NCBI GenBank assembly: GCA_045613785.1
Contig: JAZLBQ010000024.1
Coordinates: 1-64,000 of the forward strand
Length of the DNA: 64,000 nt
Origin: Candidatus Enterousia sp.
GTDB taxonomy: Bacteria > Pseudomonadota > Alphaproteobacteria > Rs-D84
Reading direction: 5' to 3'
The notes beneath the pieces were generated by a model that was not told where the DNA came from, ran no database searches, and saw only the letters and a list, made by a program, of their open reading frames with translations. Of the stretch, positions 47,150 through 56,657 are shown in pieces (position 1 is the stretch's first letter; each line of letters begins with the position of its first letter). The translations under genes and the position numbers were made by a program.

Positions 47150-47512
47150 ATGACATACGATGAAATAAAAAATGCGTTATCACTGGTTCAAAGCCCAATA
47201 GAAAAATTAGAGTTTGTTATGGAACTGGGGCGTGGCTTAGTAGCGGTTCCTGACGGGGCAGTGTGTTCCGAAATCAAAGGGTGTGCATCGTTTGTTCAAA
47301 TTTGTCGCAAGGAAAATAATTTTTATGCAACAGCCGATTCGGGGCTGGTGCGGGGAATTGTTGCAATTATTATCGCAATGGTTGATGGAAAAACACCAGA
47401 ACAGATAAAAAATATGGACTTGGATTCCGAGTTTTCGTCGCTGAATTTGAATCTGGGGGTGGGTAGGTTAAATGGTGTGAATTCTATGATTCGTTTTTTG
47501 AAAAATTTATGA
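47150..47512 (+). CDS. sufE: Sulfur acceptor SufE
   Basis: IKGCASFV, ADSGLVRG, GRLNG. Confidence 0.88.
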   Translation: MTYDEIKNALSLVQSPIEKLEFVMELGRGLVAVPDGAVCSEIKGCASFVQICRKENNFYATADSGLVRGIVAIIIAMVDGKTPEQIKNMDLDSEFSSLNLNLGVGRLNGVNSMIRFLKNL

Positions 47513-47548
47513 TAAAATGCGGACAAGTAGTCTGACGGGGGTGGGGCA

Positions 47549-47842
47549 ATGCGTGATGATGAGAAAATGTTTCAGATTGGTATTTGGTCAATGGGGATTG
47601 TGCTGTTGATGACTGTGATTTTACAGGTCGCATTTAGAACTCAAAATCGTCAAATGAACAGAACAAGACGTGAAATTGTTCAGACTCAACAAAAAATCGC
47701 AGTTGCAGAGGCTAATTTTGCATCTTATGTTAGACCAGAAATTTTACGCAATTTGGTTGTAAGTGTCGAACCAAAATCAGAAGCAATCGGATTTAATAAA
47801 TTTGTTACAATAAATGATTTGCCACTAAGGGACGAAATCTAA
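47549..47842 (+). CDS. ftsL: Cell division protein FtsL-like
   Basis: Single TM plus coiled coil 'I.V.EA.FA...RPE.L'; stop overlaps the ftsI start. Confidence 0.75.
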   Translation: MRDDEKMFQIGIWSMGIVLLMTVILQVAFRTQNRQMNRTRREIVQTQQKIAVAEANFASYVRPEILRNLVVSVEPKSEAIGFNKFVTINDLPLRDEI

Positions 47843-49473
47843 TGTTCGAAATCGGTAAGGATATTTTTAGACACGGGGTTTCAGGTGCAAAAAGTGATGC
47901 TACTGCACGTAGCAGATTGTGGATTATGCACTTGGCTTTCTTGGTTATGTTCGCAGGTTTTATTGGGCGGACTTTGCAGTTGGGGATTCAGGGAACAGAC
48001 AGAACAAGATTGGCTGGCTCAGACGGAGAGTGGGCTGTTCAACGTGCAGATATTGTTGATAGAAATGGTGATATCTTGGCAAAAAATGTTGAGTCTGGAC
48101 ATATTATTTTGCGTAATAGAGCCGTGCGTGAAAAAGATAGAGATGCAGTCGCACAAACAATTCATCAGGCATTGCCATACGAGTATTCTTTGGCAGAAGC
48201 AATAGAGTTGGTAAATTCAGATAAACGATTCGTTCGATTGAAAAAATATGCCAGTGATAGCCAACGTGAAATTATTAAAAAAGCACGATTGGAAGGTTTG
48301 GAAGTCGAACGTATTCAGACTAGAAAATATCCAAAAAGAAGACTGTTTTCACATGTGGTCGGATTTGTCGGTGCTGATGGTAATGGACTGGAAGGGGCAG
48401 AGAGAGTTTATAATGACTATTTAAAGGAAAACAAAGACCCTTTGCGGTTGAGCTTGGATTCAAGAATTCAGGCTGTGTTCTATGACCAGTTGTCGTTCGC
48501 AATGCAAAAATATCAGACTAAGGCCGCTATGGGAATGCTGATGAATGCACGAACTGGCGAAATGATTGCTATGGTGTCTTTGCCAGACTATGATCCAGAA
48601 AACTTGTCTGCAGACCCTGTTGCAAATCGTTTGTTCAAACCAATGCGTAGTGTTTATGAAATGGGCTCTATTTTCAAAATATTCAATACTGCAATGGCGT
48701 TGGAAAATGGTATCGATAAGGAATATTATATTAAAGAACCTTTCAAGGTTTTAGATAAATTTGGACGGGTCGCAGCCAGAATTAGCGATGTGCGTAGTTT
48801 TAAACCGCCACGGCCATATTTGACAGTCGAAGAAATTATGGTGCATTCGTGTAATGCAGGAAGTGCACAAATCGCATTGGATTTACCAGATGGAACACAA
48901 AAAGAATTTTTTGAACGTCTGAATATGGACAAGGCATTGAGCTTGGAATTTGGACGCACTGAAAATTCTATCCCACAACGTAAATGGGGGCAGGTTGAAC
49001 GGGCAACTGTGTCTTTTGGACATGGGTATGCAGTAACACCAATGCATTTGATGTTGGCTGTAAATGCAGTTACAAATGGGGGGATTTATATCTATCCAAC
49101 GTTGCAAAAAAGAAGTGTTGGGGTTGTGCGTGGTGAACGTGTGTTGGCAGATGAAATTTCTGCAAAGTTGCGACCAATTATGTTGCGAGTCGCCGAAGAA
49201 ACTAGTGGTAAACAGGCCAGAGTTGCAGGTATTCAAATCGGTGGAAAAACAGCAACTGCTGAAAAAATTATCAATGGAAAAATTGATAGAAAGAAAAATA
49301 TTACGGCTTTTGTGGGAATCTTCCCAGTAAACGCACCACAATATACTATTTTAGTTGTGCTGGACGAACCACAGGGAACAAAAGAATCTTGGGGGTGGCG
49401 AACTGCAGCCTGGAACGCCGTGCCAACAACGGGAAAAATTCTTGATAGTATCCTGCCATTGCTATTTGAATAA
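47842..49473 (+). CDS. ftsI: Class B penicillin-binding protein (FtsI/PBP3)
   Basis: RADIVDRNG, R.YP, GLEGAE, SxxK (GSIFK), SxN (SCN), KTA in place of KTG. Confidence 0.92.
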   Translation: MFEIGKDIFRHGVSGAKSDATARSRLWIMHLAFLVMFAGFIGRTLQLGIQGTDRTRLAGSDGEWAVQRADIVDRNGDILAKNVESGHIILRNRAVREKDRDAVAQTIHQALPYEYSLAEAIELVNSDKRFVRLKKYASDSQREIIKKARLEGLEVERIQTRKYPKRRLFSHVVGFVGADGNGLEGAERVYNDYLKENKDPLRLSLDSRIQAVFYDQLSFAMQKYQTKAAMGMLMNARTGEMIAMVSLPDYDPENLSADPVANRLFKPMRSVYEMGSIFKIFNTAMALENGIDKEYYIKEPFKVLDKFGRVAARISDVRSFKPPRPYLTVEEIMVHSCNAGSAQIALDLPDGTQKEFFERLNMDKALSLEFGRTENSIPQRKWGQVERATVSFGHGYAVTPMHLMLAVNAVTNGGIYIYPTLQKRSVGVVRGERVLADEISAKLRPIMLRVAEETSGKQARVAGIQIGGKTATAEKIINGKIDRKKNITAFVGIFPVNAPQYTILVVLDEPQGTKESWGWRTAAWNAVPTTGKILDSILPLLFE

Positions 49474-49516
49474 TTTTTGATTATAATGCTGCTGATAATA
49501 AAAAAAAGAGCAGAAG

Positions 49517-51247
49517 TTGAAGAAGATAGTAGAGAAATCCAAGCTGGGTAAAGCCTGGGTGGCAGATGGTGATGTGCTGGGGGCTGGAGACGATTTATTA
49601 AAAAAAATTTTAATCCGGCGTGGAATCGAAACAGATAGTGATATTCAGAAATTTTTAAATCCTTGTATCAAGGGATATATGCCTGACCCGTCCGTATTAA
49701 AGGATATGGATTTGGCTGCAAAAATTATTGCAGAATCTGTTTTAAATAATGAAAAAATTGCTATTTATGGGGACTATGATGTTGATGGTATTACGTCAAC
49801 TGCTGTGTTCGTAAAGTATTTGCGAGCGTTGGGGGTTGATGTTATGTGGCACTTGCCAACCCGTGAGGGTGAAGGTTATGGGCTAAATAATACCGCTGTT
49901 GAGGAAATTGCACAAACAGGTGCAAAGTTGCTGATTACTGTTGATTGTGGTATCAGTGGTGTCGAAGAAGTTTTGTGTGCAAAACAATTAGGACTTAAAG
50001 TGGTGGTGACAGACCATCATTCGCCTGATTCTGTTTTGCCAGATGCTGATGCAGTCGTAAATCCAAAACGTAGTGATGATGAGTCGGGGTTGTCTTATCT
50101 GGCAGGCGTTGGTGTCGCTTTCTTGACTGTTGTTGCGGTCAATAGAGAACTGAATGCCAAAGGGGGCGGAATCGATAAATCAGAACTGATAAATTATACA
50201 GACTTGGTGGCGTTGGGGACAATTTGCGATACGATGCCTTTGATTGAACTGAATAGGGCTTTCGTTGCAACAGGATTGAAGATTCTGGGTAAAAAACAAA
50301 ACTTGGGATTGACCAAGTTGATGGAAAAAGCAAATATTCAACATTCATCTGTATATGCAGCAGGGTTTGCGTTGGGACCTCGTTTGAATGCGGCAGGACG
50401 TTTGGATTCTGCAGCACCAGCGTTGGATTTGTTGCTGACAGATAATGCATTGATTGCTGATGAATTAGCAGAAAAATTGCATGATATGAACAAAGAACGA
50501 ATCGGTATCCAAAATGCAATTATGTTGACGGCAACAGAAATGGCTGAAAAATGCTGTGCAGCCGGAAAGTGCAGTTTATTTGTTTGTGGCGATAAATGGC
50601 ACGGTGGTGTTATGGGGATTATCGCAGGGCGATTAAAGGATAAGTATAATCTGCCTTCGTGTGTTGCAACCAGGGTAGATGGTGTTGTAAATGGATCAGG
50701 ACGTTCAATACCAGGGGTCGATTTAGGTAAAATTATTCATGATGCTTTGGCCAAAGGTATTGTTAGCGAAGGTGGTGGTCATGCCGCTGCTGCAGGATTT
50801 TCGTTGCCTGCGGAAAATGAAGAAGAATTTTGCAAATTTTTAGAGGCTGCAGTTGTTGAACAATTAAATGGTCAAGTGCCAGCACCACAGGTCTTGGTTG
50901 ATGCAGAACTGGATGCAGGGGCGGCAAATATGCGACTGTTTAATTTGTTGTCTGCGATGGAACCGTTCGGTCAGGGTAATCCAGAACCGGTATTGGTCTT
51001 GCGTGGGGCGTCTTTGATGCGGGCCAGCACAATGGGTAATGGTAATCATTTGCGTGGTATGGTTAAAACAAGTGCCGGAACAAAATTGGCTTTTGTTGGG
51101 TTCAATTTAGTTGGAACACCAGTCGGGGATTTTTTGCTGGACGATGAAAATACAAACACTAAAATAATGATGTTGGGTAGATTAAAATCCAATGAATACA
51201 AGGGTAGTGTAAGTGCACAATTCTTTCTGGAAGATATAGCAGTGTAA
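49517..51247 (+). CDS. recJ: ssDNA exonuclease RecJ
   Basis: YGDYDVDG, EGYGL, TVDCG, TDHH, PRLNAAGRL, GSGRS, GGHAAAAG, EPFGQGNPEP. Confidence 0.97.
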   Translation: MKKIVEKSKLGKAWVADGDVLGAGDDLLKKILIRRGIETDSDIQKFLNPCIKGYMPDPSVLKDMDLAAKIIAESVLNNEKIAIYGDYDVDGITSTAVFVKYLRALGVDVMWHLPTREGEGYGLNNTAVEEIAQTGAKLLITVDCGISGVEEVLCAKQLGLKVVVTDHHSPDSVLPDADAVVNPKRSDDESGLSYLAGVGVAFLTVVAVNRELNAKGGGIDKSELINYTDLVALGTICDTMPLIELNRAFVATGLKILGKKQNLGLTKLMEKANIQHSSVYAAGFALGPRLNAAGRLDSAAPALDLLLTDNALIADELAEKLHDMNKERIGIQNAIMLTATEMAEKCCAAGKCSLFVCGDKWHGGVMGIIAGRLKDKYNLPSCVATRVDGVVNGSGRSIPGVDLGKIIHDALAKGIVSEGGGHAAAAGFSLPAENEEEFCKFLEAAVVEQLNGQVPAPQVLVDAELDAGAANMRLFNLLSAMEPFGQGNPEPVLVLRGASLMRASTMGNGNHLRGMVKTSAGTKLAFVGFNLVGTPVGDFLLDDENTNTKIMMLGRLKSNEYKGSVSAQFFLEDIAV

Positions 51248-51259
51248 AAACAGAAGATT

Positions 51260-52213
51260 ATGATGGAACAAAAGATACAAGATTTTTTTGAACGTGTAAG
51301 AAATGCAAAAACAATCGCAATTATGGGACATAAAAATCCTGATGGCGATTCGCTGTGCAGTGTGTTGGCGTTGGCAAATCTGATTGAAAAAAATTTCGGA
51401 ATTCGATCTGTGTGTTTGTATGATGGTAATATTCCAGATGCACTGGATAATGTGCCGTTGCGTTCGTGGATAAAATATTATGAACGTGTTGATATGTCTC
51501 AACCTTTTGATATGGCAATCGTTATGGACTATGGCAACCCTGTTCATGTCGGTGGAGGACAACCGATTCTTGATAAGGCAAAGTTTGTCGTTGAAATAGA
51601 TCATCATAAAAATGATAACTATATAGGTCAGTTGTGCATAAATGATGAAAATGCTGCTGCAACCGCAGTGATTGTCTATAATATGATGCGGTTTGAGGGC
51701 TTGCACTTGGATTCTTTTACGGCAGATTTGTTGATGCTGGGAATTCTGACTGATACTGGGAATTTTAAATTTTGTCGAAACGGTGATGCGTTGCGAATCG
51801 CTGCAGATTTGGTTGATAGTGGTGTAAATATTCGTGCGTTGATTGAACTGATGGCAAATAAACCTCGTAAGTCTGTTCAGTTAGAAGCAAGAACAACCGC
51901 AAATGCAGAATTTTTTTATCGTGGACGTTTGGCGTTGGCAACGGTTTGCAAAAAGGATTATAAATATCTGGACGGACGTGGCGAAATGATTTTGAGTTTG
52001 TTAGGACAAATCCAAGGTGTGGATTATGTTGTCTTGTTAAAGGAACAAAAGCCTGAACAGATTGGTATATCGATTCGCAGTCGAAATAAACCAATTGATC
52101 AAATTGCTGCGGCGTTAGGTGGTGGTGGGCATGAGCGTGCGGCTGGGGCTGTTGTGCGGGATTCAATGGAAAATGTTCGTCAACGGGTCTTGGATTTATT
52201 TAAGGAGGCGTAA
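51260..52213 (+). CDS. nrnA: DHH/DHHA1 nanoRNase / pAp phosphatase
   Basis: HKNPDGD, IDHH, TDTGNF, SIRS, GGGGH..AAGA. Confidence 0.9.
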   Translation: MMEQKIQDFFERVRNAKTIAIMGHKNPDGDSLCSVLALANLIEKNFGIRSVCLYDGNIPDALDNVPLRSWIKYYERVDMSQPFDMAIVMDYGNPVHVGGGQPILDKAKFVVEIDHHKNDNYIGQLCINDENAAATAVIVYNMMRFEGLHLDSFTADLLMLGILTDTGNFKFCRNGDALRIAADLVDSGVNIRALIELMANKPRKSVQLEARTTANAEFFYRGRLALATVCKKDYKYLDGRGEMILSLLGQIQGVDYVVLLKEQKPEQIGISIRSRNKPIDQIAAALGGGGHERAAGAVVRDSMENVRQRVLDLFKEA

Positions 52214-52214
52214 G

Positions 52215-52829
52215 GTGAGAAAAATTTTATTCGCATTATTGGCAATCTTCGTTGTATCAGGAGCAGGGGCTGGCGTTGATTCAAAATTAGTAAGCAAGGC
52301 GGAAAATTATCTAAATGCTGTGACCGGGTTGGAGGGTAAGTTTGTTCAGACCGCCAATGGTAATCAACAGGCTGGTGATTTTGCGATGCTGAGACCAGGG
52401 CGTGTGCGGTTGGATTATGATAATATGCCTGTTCAGTTGATTGCAGATGGACAAGATTTGTATTTCTTTGATAAGTCATTAGACCAAATTACAACTGTGC
52501 CAATTACAAGCACACCAGCAGGTATTTTAATTAGAAAAAATATCAATCTGACAAATGCTGATATAAATGTTGTTGAAACAACTGACTGGAAAAATTCTTT
52601 TGCGTTAAAAATGAATCTGAAAGGTCAAGAAGGCTTGGGGCATATGGTTGTGGTTTTTGATAAAAGTCCTGTGAAATTGAATTCGTGGACCGTTGTTGAC
52701 GCAACAGGTGCAACAACTGATGTGGTGTTTAAAAATCTGAAGGAAAAATCAAGTTTTGGTAAAAACTTTTTCCAGATTCAAAGACATAAAACAGTCAGCA
52801 CCAGCGGTGGTGATGATTACTATGATTAA
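52215..52829 (+). CDS. lolA: Outer-membrane lipoprotein carrier LolA
   Basis: GTG start behind 'aggagg'; signal peptide; FVQ, RPGRVRLDY, IADG. Confidence 0.88.
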   Translation: MRKILFALLAIFVVSGAGAGVDSKLVSKAENYLNAVTGLEGKFVQTANGNQQAGDFAMLRPGRVRLDYDNMPVQLIADGQDLYFFDKSLDQITTVPITSTPAGILIRKNINLTNADINVVETTDWKNSFALKMNLKGQEGLGHMVVVFDKSPVKLNSWTVVDATGATTDVVFKNLKEKSSFGKNFFQIQRHKTVSTSGGDDYYD

Positions 52830-52837
52830 ATAATGCG

Positions 52838-53128
52838 ATGTTTGGTATTAGTTGGGCTGAATTTTTTGTGATTTTATTGGTGGCTGTGCTGGTTGTGCCG
52901 GCACGGTTATGGCCTGATGTTGCACGATTCTTGGCACGGTGTGTCAAATTTGTGCGTCAGTTAGTTTGGAAAATTACAGATGCGTCTGAAAATATTAAAC
53001 AGCAAATTGAACTGGAAAAACCTATTGATGATTTGTTGAAAAATACTGCTGATGATGTAATTGACAGTTTTTCATCGGTGTTGCCAAAACCAAAAAAAAC
53101 AGTAAAGAAAAAGGCAAAGCAAAAATGA
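52838..53128 (+). CDS. tatB: Twin-arginine translocase TatB
   Basis: MFGISWAE..VI..VA.LVV..P; upstream of tatC. Confidence 0.85.
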   Translation: MFGISWAEFFVILLVAVLVVPARLWPDVARFLARCVKFVRQLVWKITDASENIKQQIELEKPIDDLLKNTADDVIDSFSSVLPKPKKTVKKKAKQK

Positions 53129-53829
53129 AAAAAATGACTTTGTTGCAGCATTTTTCCGAACTGCGTCGCAGAATTTTGTGGTGTGCCTTGATTTTTGTTT
53201 TGGCGTTTGGAATAGGGTTGTGGATAGCACCAGTTATTCAAAGTTTTTTAACACAACCATTATTAAATGTTTGGCCTGATGGTGCGTTGTTGTATGTTGG
53301 ACTGTCTGACGGATTGATGATTCAATTTTCATTAGCGGCAATGTTTGCGTTGGTTGTTATTTTGCCTGTGGCGTTGTGGCATCTGTGGGCTTTTGTCGCA
53401 CCGGGATTAAAGGAAAATGAAAGAAGGTTTATTTGGCCTGTGTTGCTGATGTCGCCAATTTTATTTTGTGCAGGGGCGGCATTTGCCTTTTATTTCTTGT
53501 TCCCGATTGTATTTAAGTTCTTTGTAGAATTAAATCAAACAGCGGCTGTGCCAAGTGTTTTGTTGCCGGCTGCACGGGATTATTTAACCTTTGCAATCGG
53601 GCTGTTAAAGGTTTTTGGTGTGGCATTTCAATTACCGTTGGTGATGGTTTTATTAAACAGAATTGGGATTTTACAACGCTCGCAGGTTCTGAAAATGCGA
53701 CGCTATGCAATTATTTTTATTGTTGTTCTGGCTGCAATTTTAACACCACCTGATATTGTTTCCCAAGTTGTGCTGGCAGTGCCAATGTGGTTGCTGTTCG
53801 AGGTTAGTATTTTGTTTATGCGAAAGTAG
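53125..53829 (+). CDS. tatC: Twin-arginine translocase TatC
   Basis: H.SELRRR, W.FVAPGL...E, FQLP, RRYA, AAILTPPD. Confidence 0.95.
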   Translation: MKKMTLLQHFSELRRRILWCALIFVLAFGIGLWIAPVIQSFLTQPLLNVWPDGALLYVGLSDGLMIQFSLAAMFALVVILPVALWHLWAFVAPGLKENERRFIWPVLLMSPILFCAGAAFAFYFLFPIVFKFFVELNQTAAVPSVLLPAARDYLTFAIGLLKVFGVAFQLPLVMVLLNRIGILQRSQVLKMRRYAIIFIVVLAAILTPPDIVSQVVLAVPMWLLFEVSILFMRK

Positions 53830-53852
53830 GCTTTTTGTGCTATAATTATAGC

Positions 53853-55316
53853 GTGAAAAAAATCAGTTTGATTTTAGGTGGTATTCTTTGCACGCTGACA
53901 GCGTGTGATTTGAAACCAAAAATTATGTCTTTGCCTGATTCCGTCGGTGAATTTATTTCAGACAGATATCCTGCTTTGTTGGCCGACCCAAATGTTTATC
54001 CAGAGATTTATAATTCTGCGGTGACAGACTATGGTGTGTATGCTTCGCCAGAATTATATGGAACTGATACATCAAATGACTATGTTGTTTATGCGTCTGT
54101 TGATGATTATATTGTGCCACCACAGGATAATTTGATTATTACAACAAATGAGGTCGAGTCTTCTGTTGATGCCAAAACTAAGGATTTAAACGAATCTACA
54201 GATGCAGAAGATAATGATGATGTTGAAACAGATGAGCAGGTAATTCAGACGCAACCATCGACTGATTTCTTGTTAGTGCCAATGTATGGTGGTCCACAGA
54301 CAGAAGTAAAGACAACTGAAGTTATTGTTCAGCCGGGAGATACGTTGTATAAACTGGCACAACAACACAGAACCTCGGTTGAGGACTTGGCTGCATTGAA
54401 TAAATTACAGGTGCCATACGTATTAAAGGTTGGTCAGAAATTGCAGGTCGCAGGGCAGGTCAAGGTCGCAGAATCTGACAAAGATGTCTTGAAAATAGCA
54501 AAGCCTGTTTCAGGTGTGCAAACGGCAACTCGTGTTGAGTTAGTTGATGTCGTCGTAAAACCTGGGGATACATTATATTCGCTGTCTAGAAAGTATTCTG
54601 TGCCGGTAAATGACTTGGCGGTGATGAATAATTTAAGCGTGCCGTTTAGTTTAAGCGTCGGACAAAAAATTCGTGTTCCAAATCTGGCACAGGCACCTGT
54701 GGCAAAGATAGAGGTTTCAGAAAAAGTTGCCGCTTCGTCAAAGGCAGAACAGATAAAAACAACACAAAAGATTTCTGAAAAATCCCAGAATTCTAGCGTA
54801 AAGGTCGTGAAGGTTGAAAAGACAGAACCGGTAAAAACAGTAGAAGCGGTCAAAGAAACCAAGGTTGTAAAAACAACGACAGAGCAAAAGATTTCTTCGG
54901 ACCCTACAAAGAAGTTGCCAAAGATTACAGCACGCTCGTCATCAAAGTTTTCGTGGCCAGTGCGTGGAAAAATTTTGTCTGGATATGGTGCTAAATCAAA
55001 CGGCTTGTTTAATGACGGGATAAATATTAGTGCAAAATTGGGAACAGCAGTAAAAGCGGCGGAAAATGGCGTGGTAGCATATGCCGGAAATGAAGTAAAA
55101 GGTATGGGAAATTTAATTATTATTCAGCACGATGCAGGTTGGATGACGGTCTATGCACATATGGATACAATGACTGTGCGTCGTGGAGCTAAGGTTAGTG
55201 TTGGTCAGAAAATTGGTGCTATTGGAAAAACAGGCAAGGTAGATAGTCCGCAGTTGCATTTTGAAATTCGTAAAGGAACGAAGGCTTATAATCCAACAGA
55301 ATACTTGAAAAAATAA
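53853..55316 (+). CDS. LysM x2 + M23 lipoprotein (NlpD/DipM-like; degenerate M23 site)
   Basis: Lipobox LTAC; two 'V.PGDTLY' LysM domains; 'FSWPVRG', 'NDGINI', 'VYAH', 'LHFEIR'. Confidence 0.9.
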   Translation: MKKISLILGGILCTLTACDLKPKIMSLPDSVGEFISDRYPALLADPNVYPEIYNSAVTDYGVYASPELYGTDTSNDYVVYASVDDYIVPPQDNLIITTNEVESSVDAKTKDLNESTDAEDNDDVETDEQVIQTQPSTDFLLVPMYGGPQTEVKTTEVIVQPGDTLYKLAQQHRTSVEDLAALNKLQVPYVLKVGQKLQVAGQVKVAESDKDVLKIAKPVSGVQTATRVELVDVVVKPGDTLYSLSRKYSVPVNDLAVMNNLSVPFSLSVGQKIRVPNLAQAPVAKIEVSEKVAASSKAEQIKTTQKISEKSQNSSVKVVKVEKTEPVKTVEAVKETKVVKTTTEQKISSDPTKKLPKITARSSSKFSWPVRGKILSGYGAKSNGLFNDGINISAKLGTAVKAAENGVVAYAGNEVKGMGNLIIIQHDAGWMTVYAHMDTMTVRRGAKVSVGQKIGAIGKTGKVDSPQLHFEIRKGTKAYNPTEYLKK

Positions 55317-55415
55317 AAATGCCGCATTTGTTGCGGCTTTCTTTTTGTGAATAGTGTCAAATCAGTTTTTTTAATCCGTTTTGTTAGAATTTATTATAAC
55401 AAAGGGAGCGAGAAA

Positions 55416-56627
55416 ATGAAAAAACTGGTTTTTATCTTGTCTGTGATTTTAGTTGTGTTGGTGGTTGTTTGGTTGGTTTCAAGATTACACAGCGGAACAA
55501 CTAATTCTATTGATGAGTATCAGGCATCAACATTGGACGAAGATGTGAAAATTGTTGATATTCTTGATTTAGAAGAGATGGCCGCACAGGTTATCCCAGA
55601 AGGTGGATTTGGATATATTCAGGGCGGTGCAGAAACAGAAAGCACAATGCGTAGAAATGAAACAGCGTTTGATATGGTGGATATTTATCCTCGTGTTTTA
55701 ACGGGCGTAAATGATCCCAGCACACGGACATCTATTTTAGGAATTGATATTGCGTTGCCTGTAATTGTTGCACCAGCGGCGGCACATGGGTTGGCACATG
55801 TTTCCGCAGAGGCAGGAACAGCACGTGGGGCGGCAGTTGCAGGAACAATAATGAGTGTTAGTAATTATGCAAGTTCTACGCTGGCGGAAATTGCCAAAGC
55901 AGGTAAGGGTGCACCGCAGTGGTTTCAATTATATTTGAGTAAAGATGATGATTTTAATCGTAAAATAATAAAACAGGCGGAAGATTTGGGATATAGTGCA
56001 ATTATTCTGACAGTTGATGCACCTGTTGGAGGATACCGAATTGCAGATGTTCGAAATGACTTTAAATTTCCATTGGAATTGCCAAATGTTGCAAAAACTT
56101 CAATCAAGACAAAGGGACGTGGGGTAAGTAAAGTCTTTGCGGCTGCACAAAATGAACTGACCCCATACGATGTTATGAGGGTAAAATCAATGACTAGATT
56201 GCCCGTAATTGTCAAAGGCATTCAACATCCTGATGATGCAGAAATTGCAATCATTAGTGGTGCAGATGCAATATGGGTTTCAAATCATGGTGGACGGCAA
56301 CTTGATGGAGCACCAGGGGCATTCGAAGTTTTGCCGGAAATTGCAAGGAAAGTAAATAAGCGGGTGCCTATTATATTTGATAGTGGTGTTCGGCGTGGTC
56401 AAGATGTTTTCAAAGCAATTGCAAGCGGTGCAGATGTTGTTGCAATTGGACGACCTGTGATTTATGGTTTGGCGTTGGGTGGTTGGCGTGGTGTTGTGGC
56501 TGTCTTTGATTGGTTGAAAAAAGACTTGAAACGGGTAATGTGGTTGGCTGGAACACAGACTGTAAAAGAAATAAAAAGTGTAGAGCTGCGACCAAAGTGC
56601 ATGATGGTCAAGTGTGATGAATTGTGA
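55416..56627 (+). CDS. lctO: FMN-dependent L-lactate oxidase / alpha-hydroxy-acid oxidase with N-terminal membrane anchor
   Basis: IPEGGFGYI, AAHGLAH, QWFQLY, LTVD, VKGI, SNHGGRQLD, DSGVRRG, GRP. Confidence 0.85.
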   Translation: MKKLVFILSVILVVLVVVWLVSRLHSGTTNSIDEYQASTLDEDVKIVDILDLEEMAAQVIPEGGFGYIQGGAETESTMRRNETAFDMVDIYPRVLTGVNDPSTRTSILGIDIALPVIVAPAAAHGLAHVSAEAGTARGAAVAGTIMSVSNYASSTLAEIAKAGKGAPQWFQLYLSKDDDFNRKIIKQAEDLGYSAIILTVDAPVGGYRIADVRNDFKFPLELPNVAKTSIKTKGRGVSKVFAAAQNELTPYDVMRVKSMTRLPVIVKGIQHPDDAEIAIISGADAIWVSNHGGRQLDGAPGAFEVLPEIARKVNKRVPIIFDSGVRRGQDVFKAIASGADVVAIGRPVIYGLALGGWRGVVAVFDWLKKDLKRVMWLAGTQTVKEIKSVELRPKCMMVKCDEL

Positions 56628-56631
56628 TACT

Positions 56632-56656
56632 AAAACCGCCGTATAGGCGGTTTTTT
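56632..56656. terminator. Bidirectional terminator (identical to 35284)
   Basis: aaaaccgcc-gtata-ggcggtttttt. Confidence 0.85.
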
Positions 56657-56657
56657 A

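Noticed and set aside
54950-55316. Degenerate M23 active site as a novel pseudoenzyme
   Set aside because: Loss of HxxxD is the known state of NlpD/DipM-type amidase activators.
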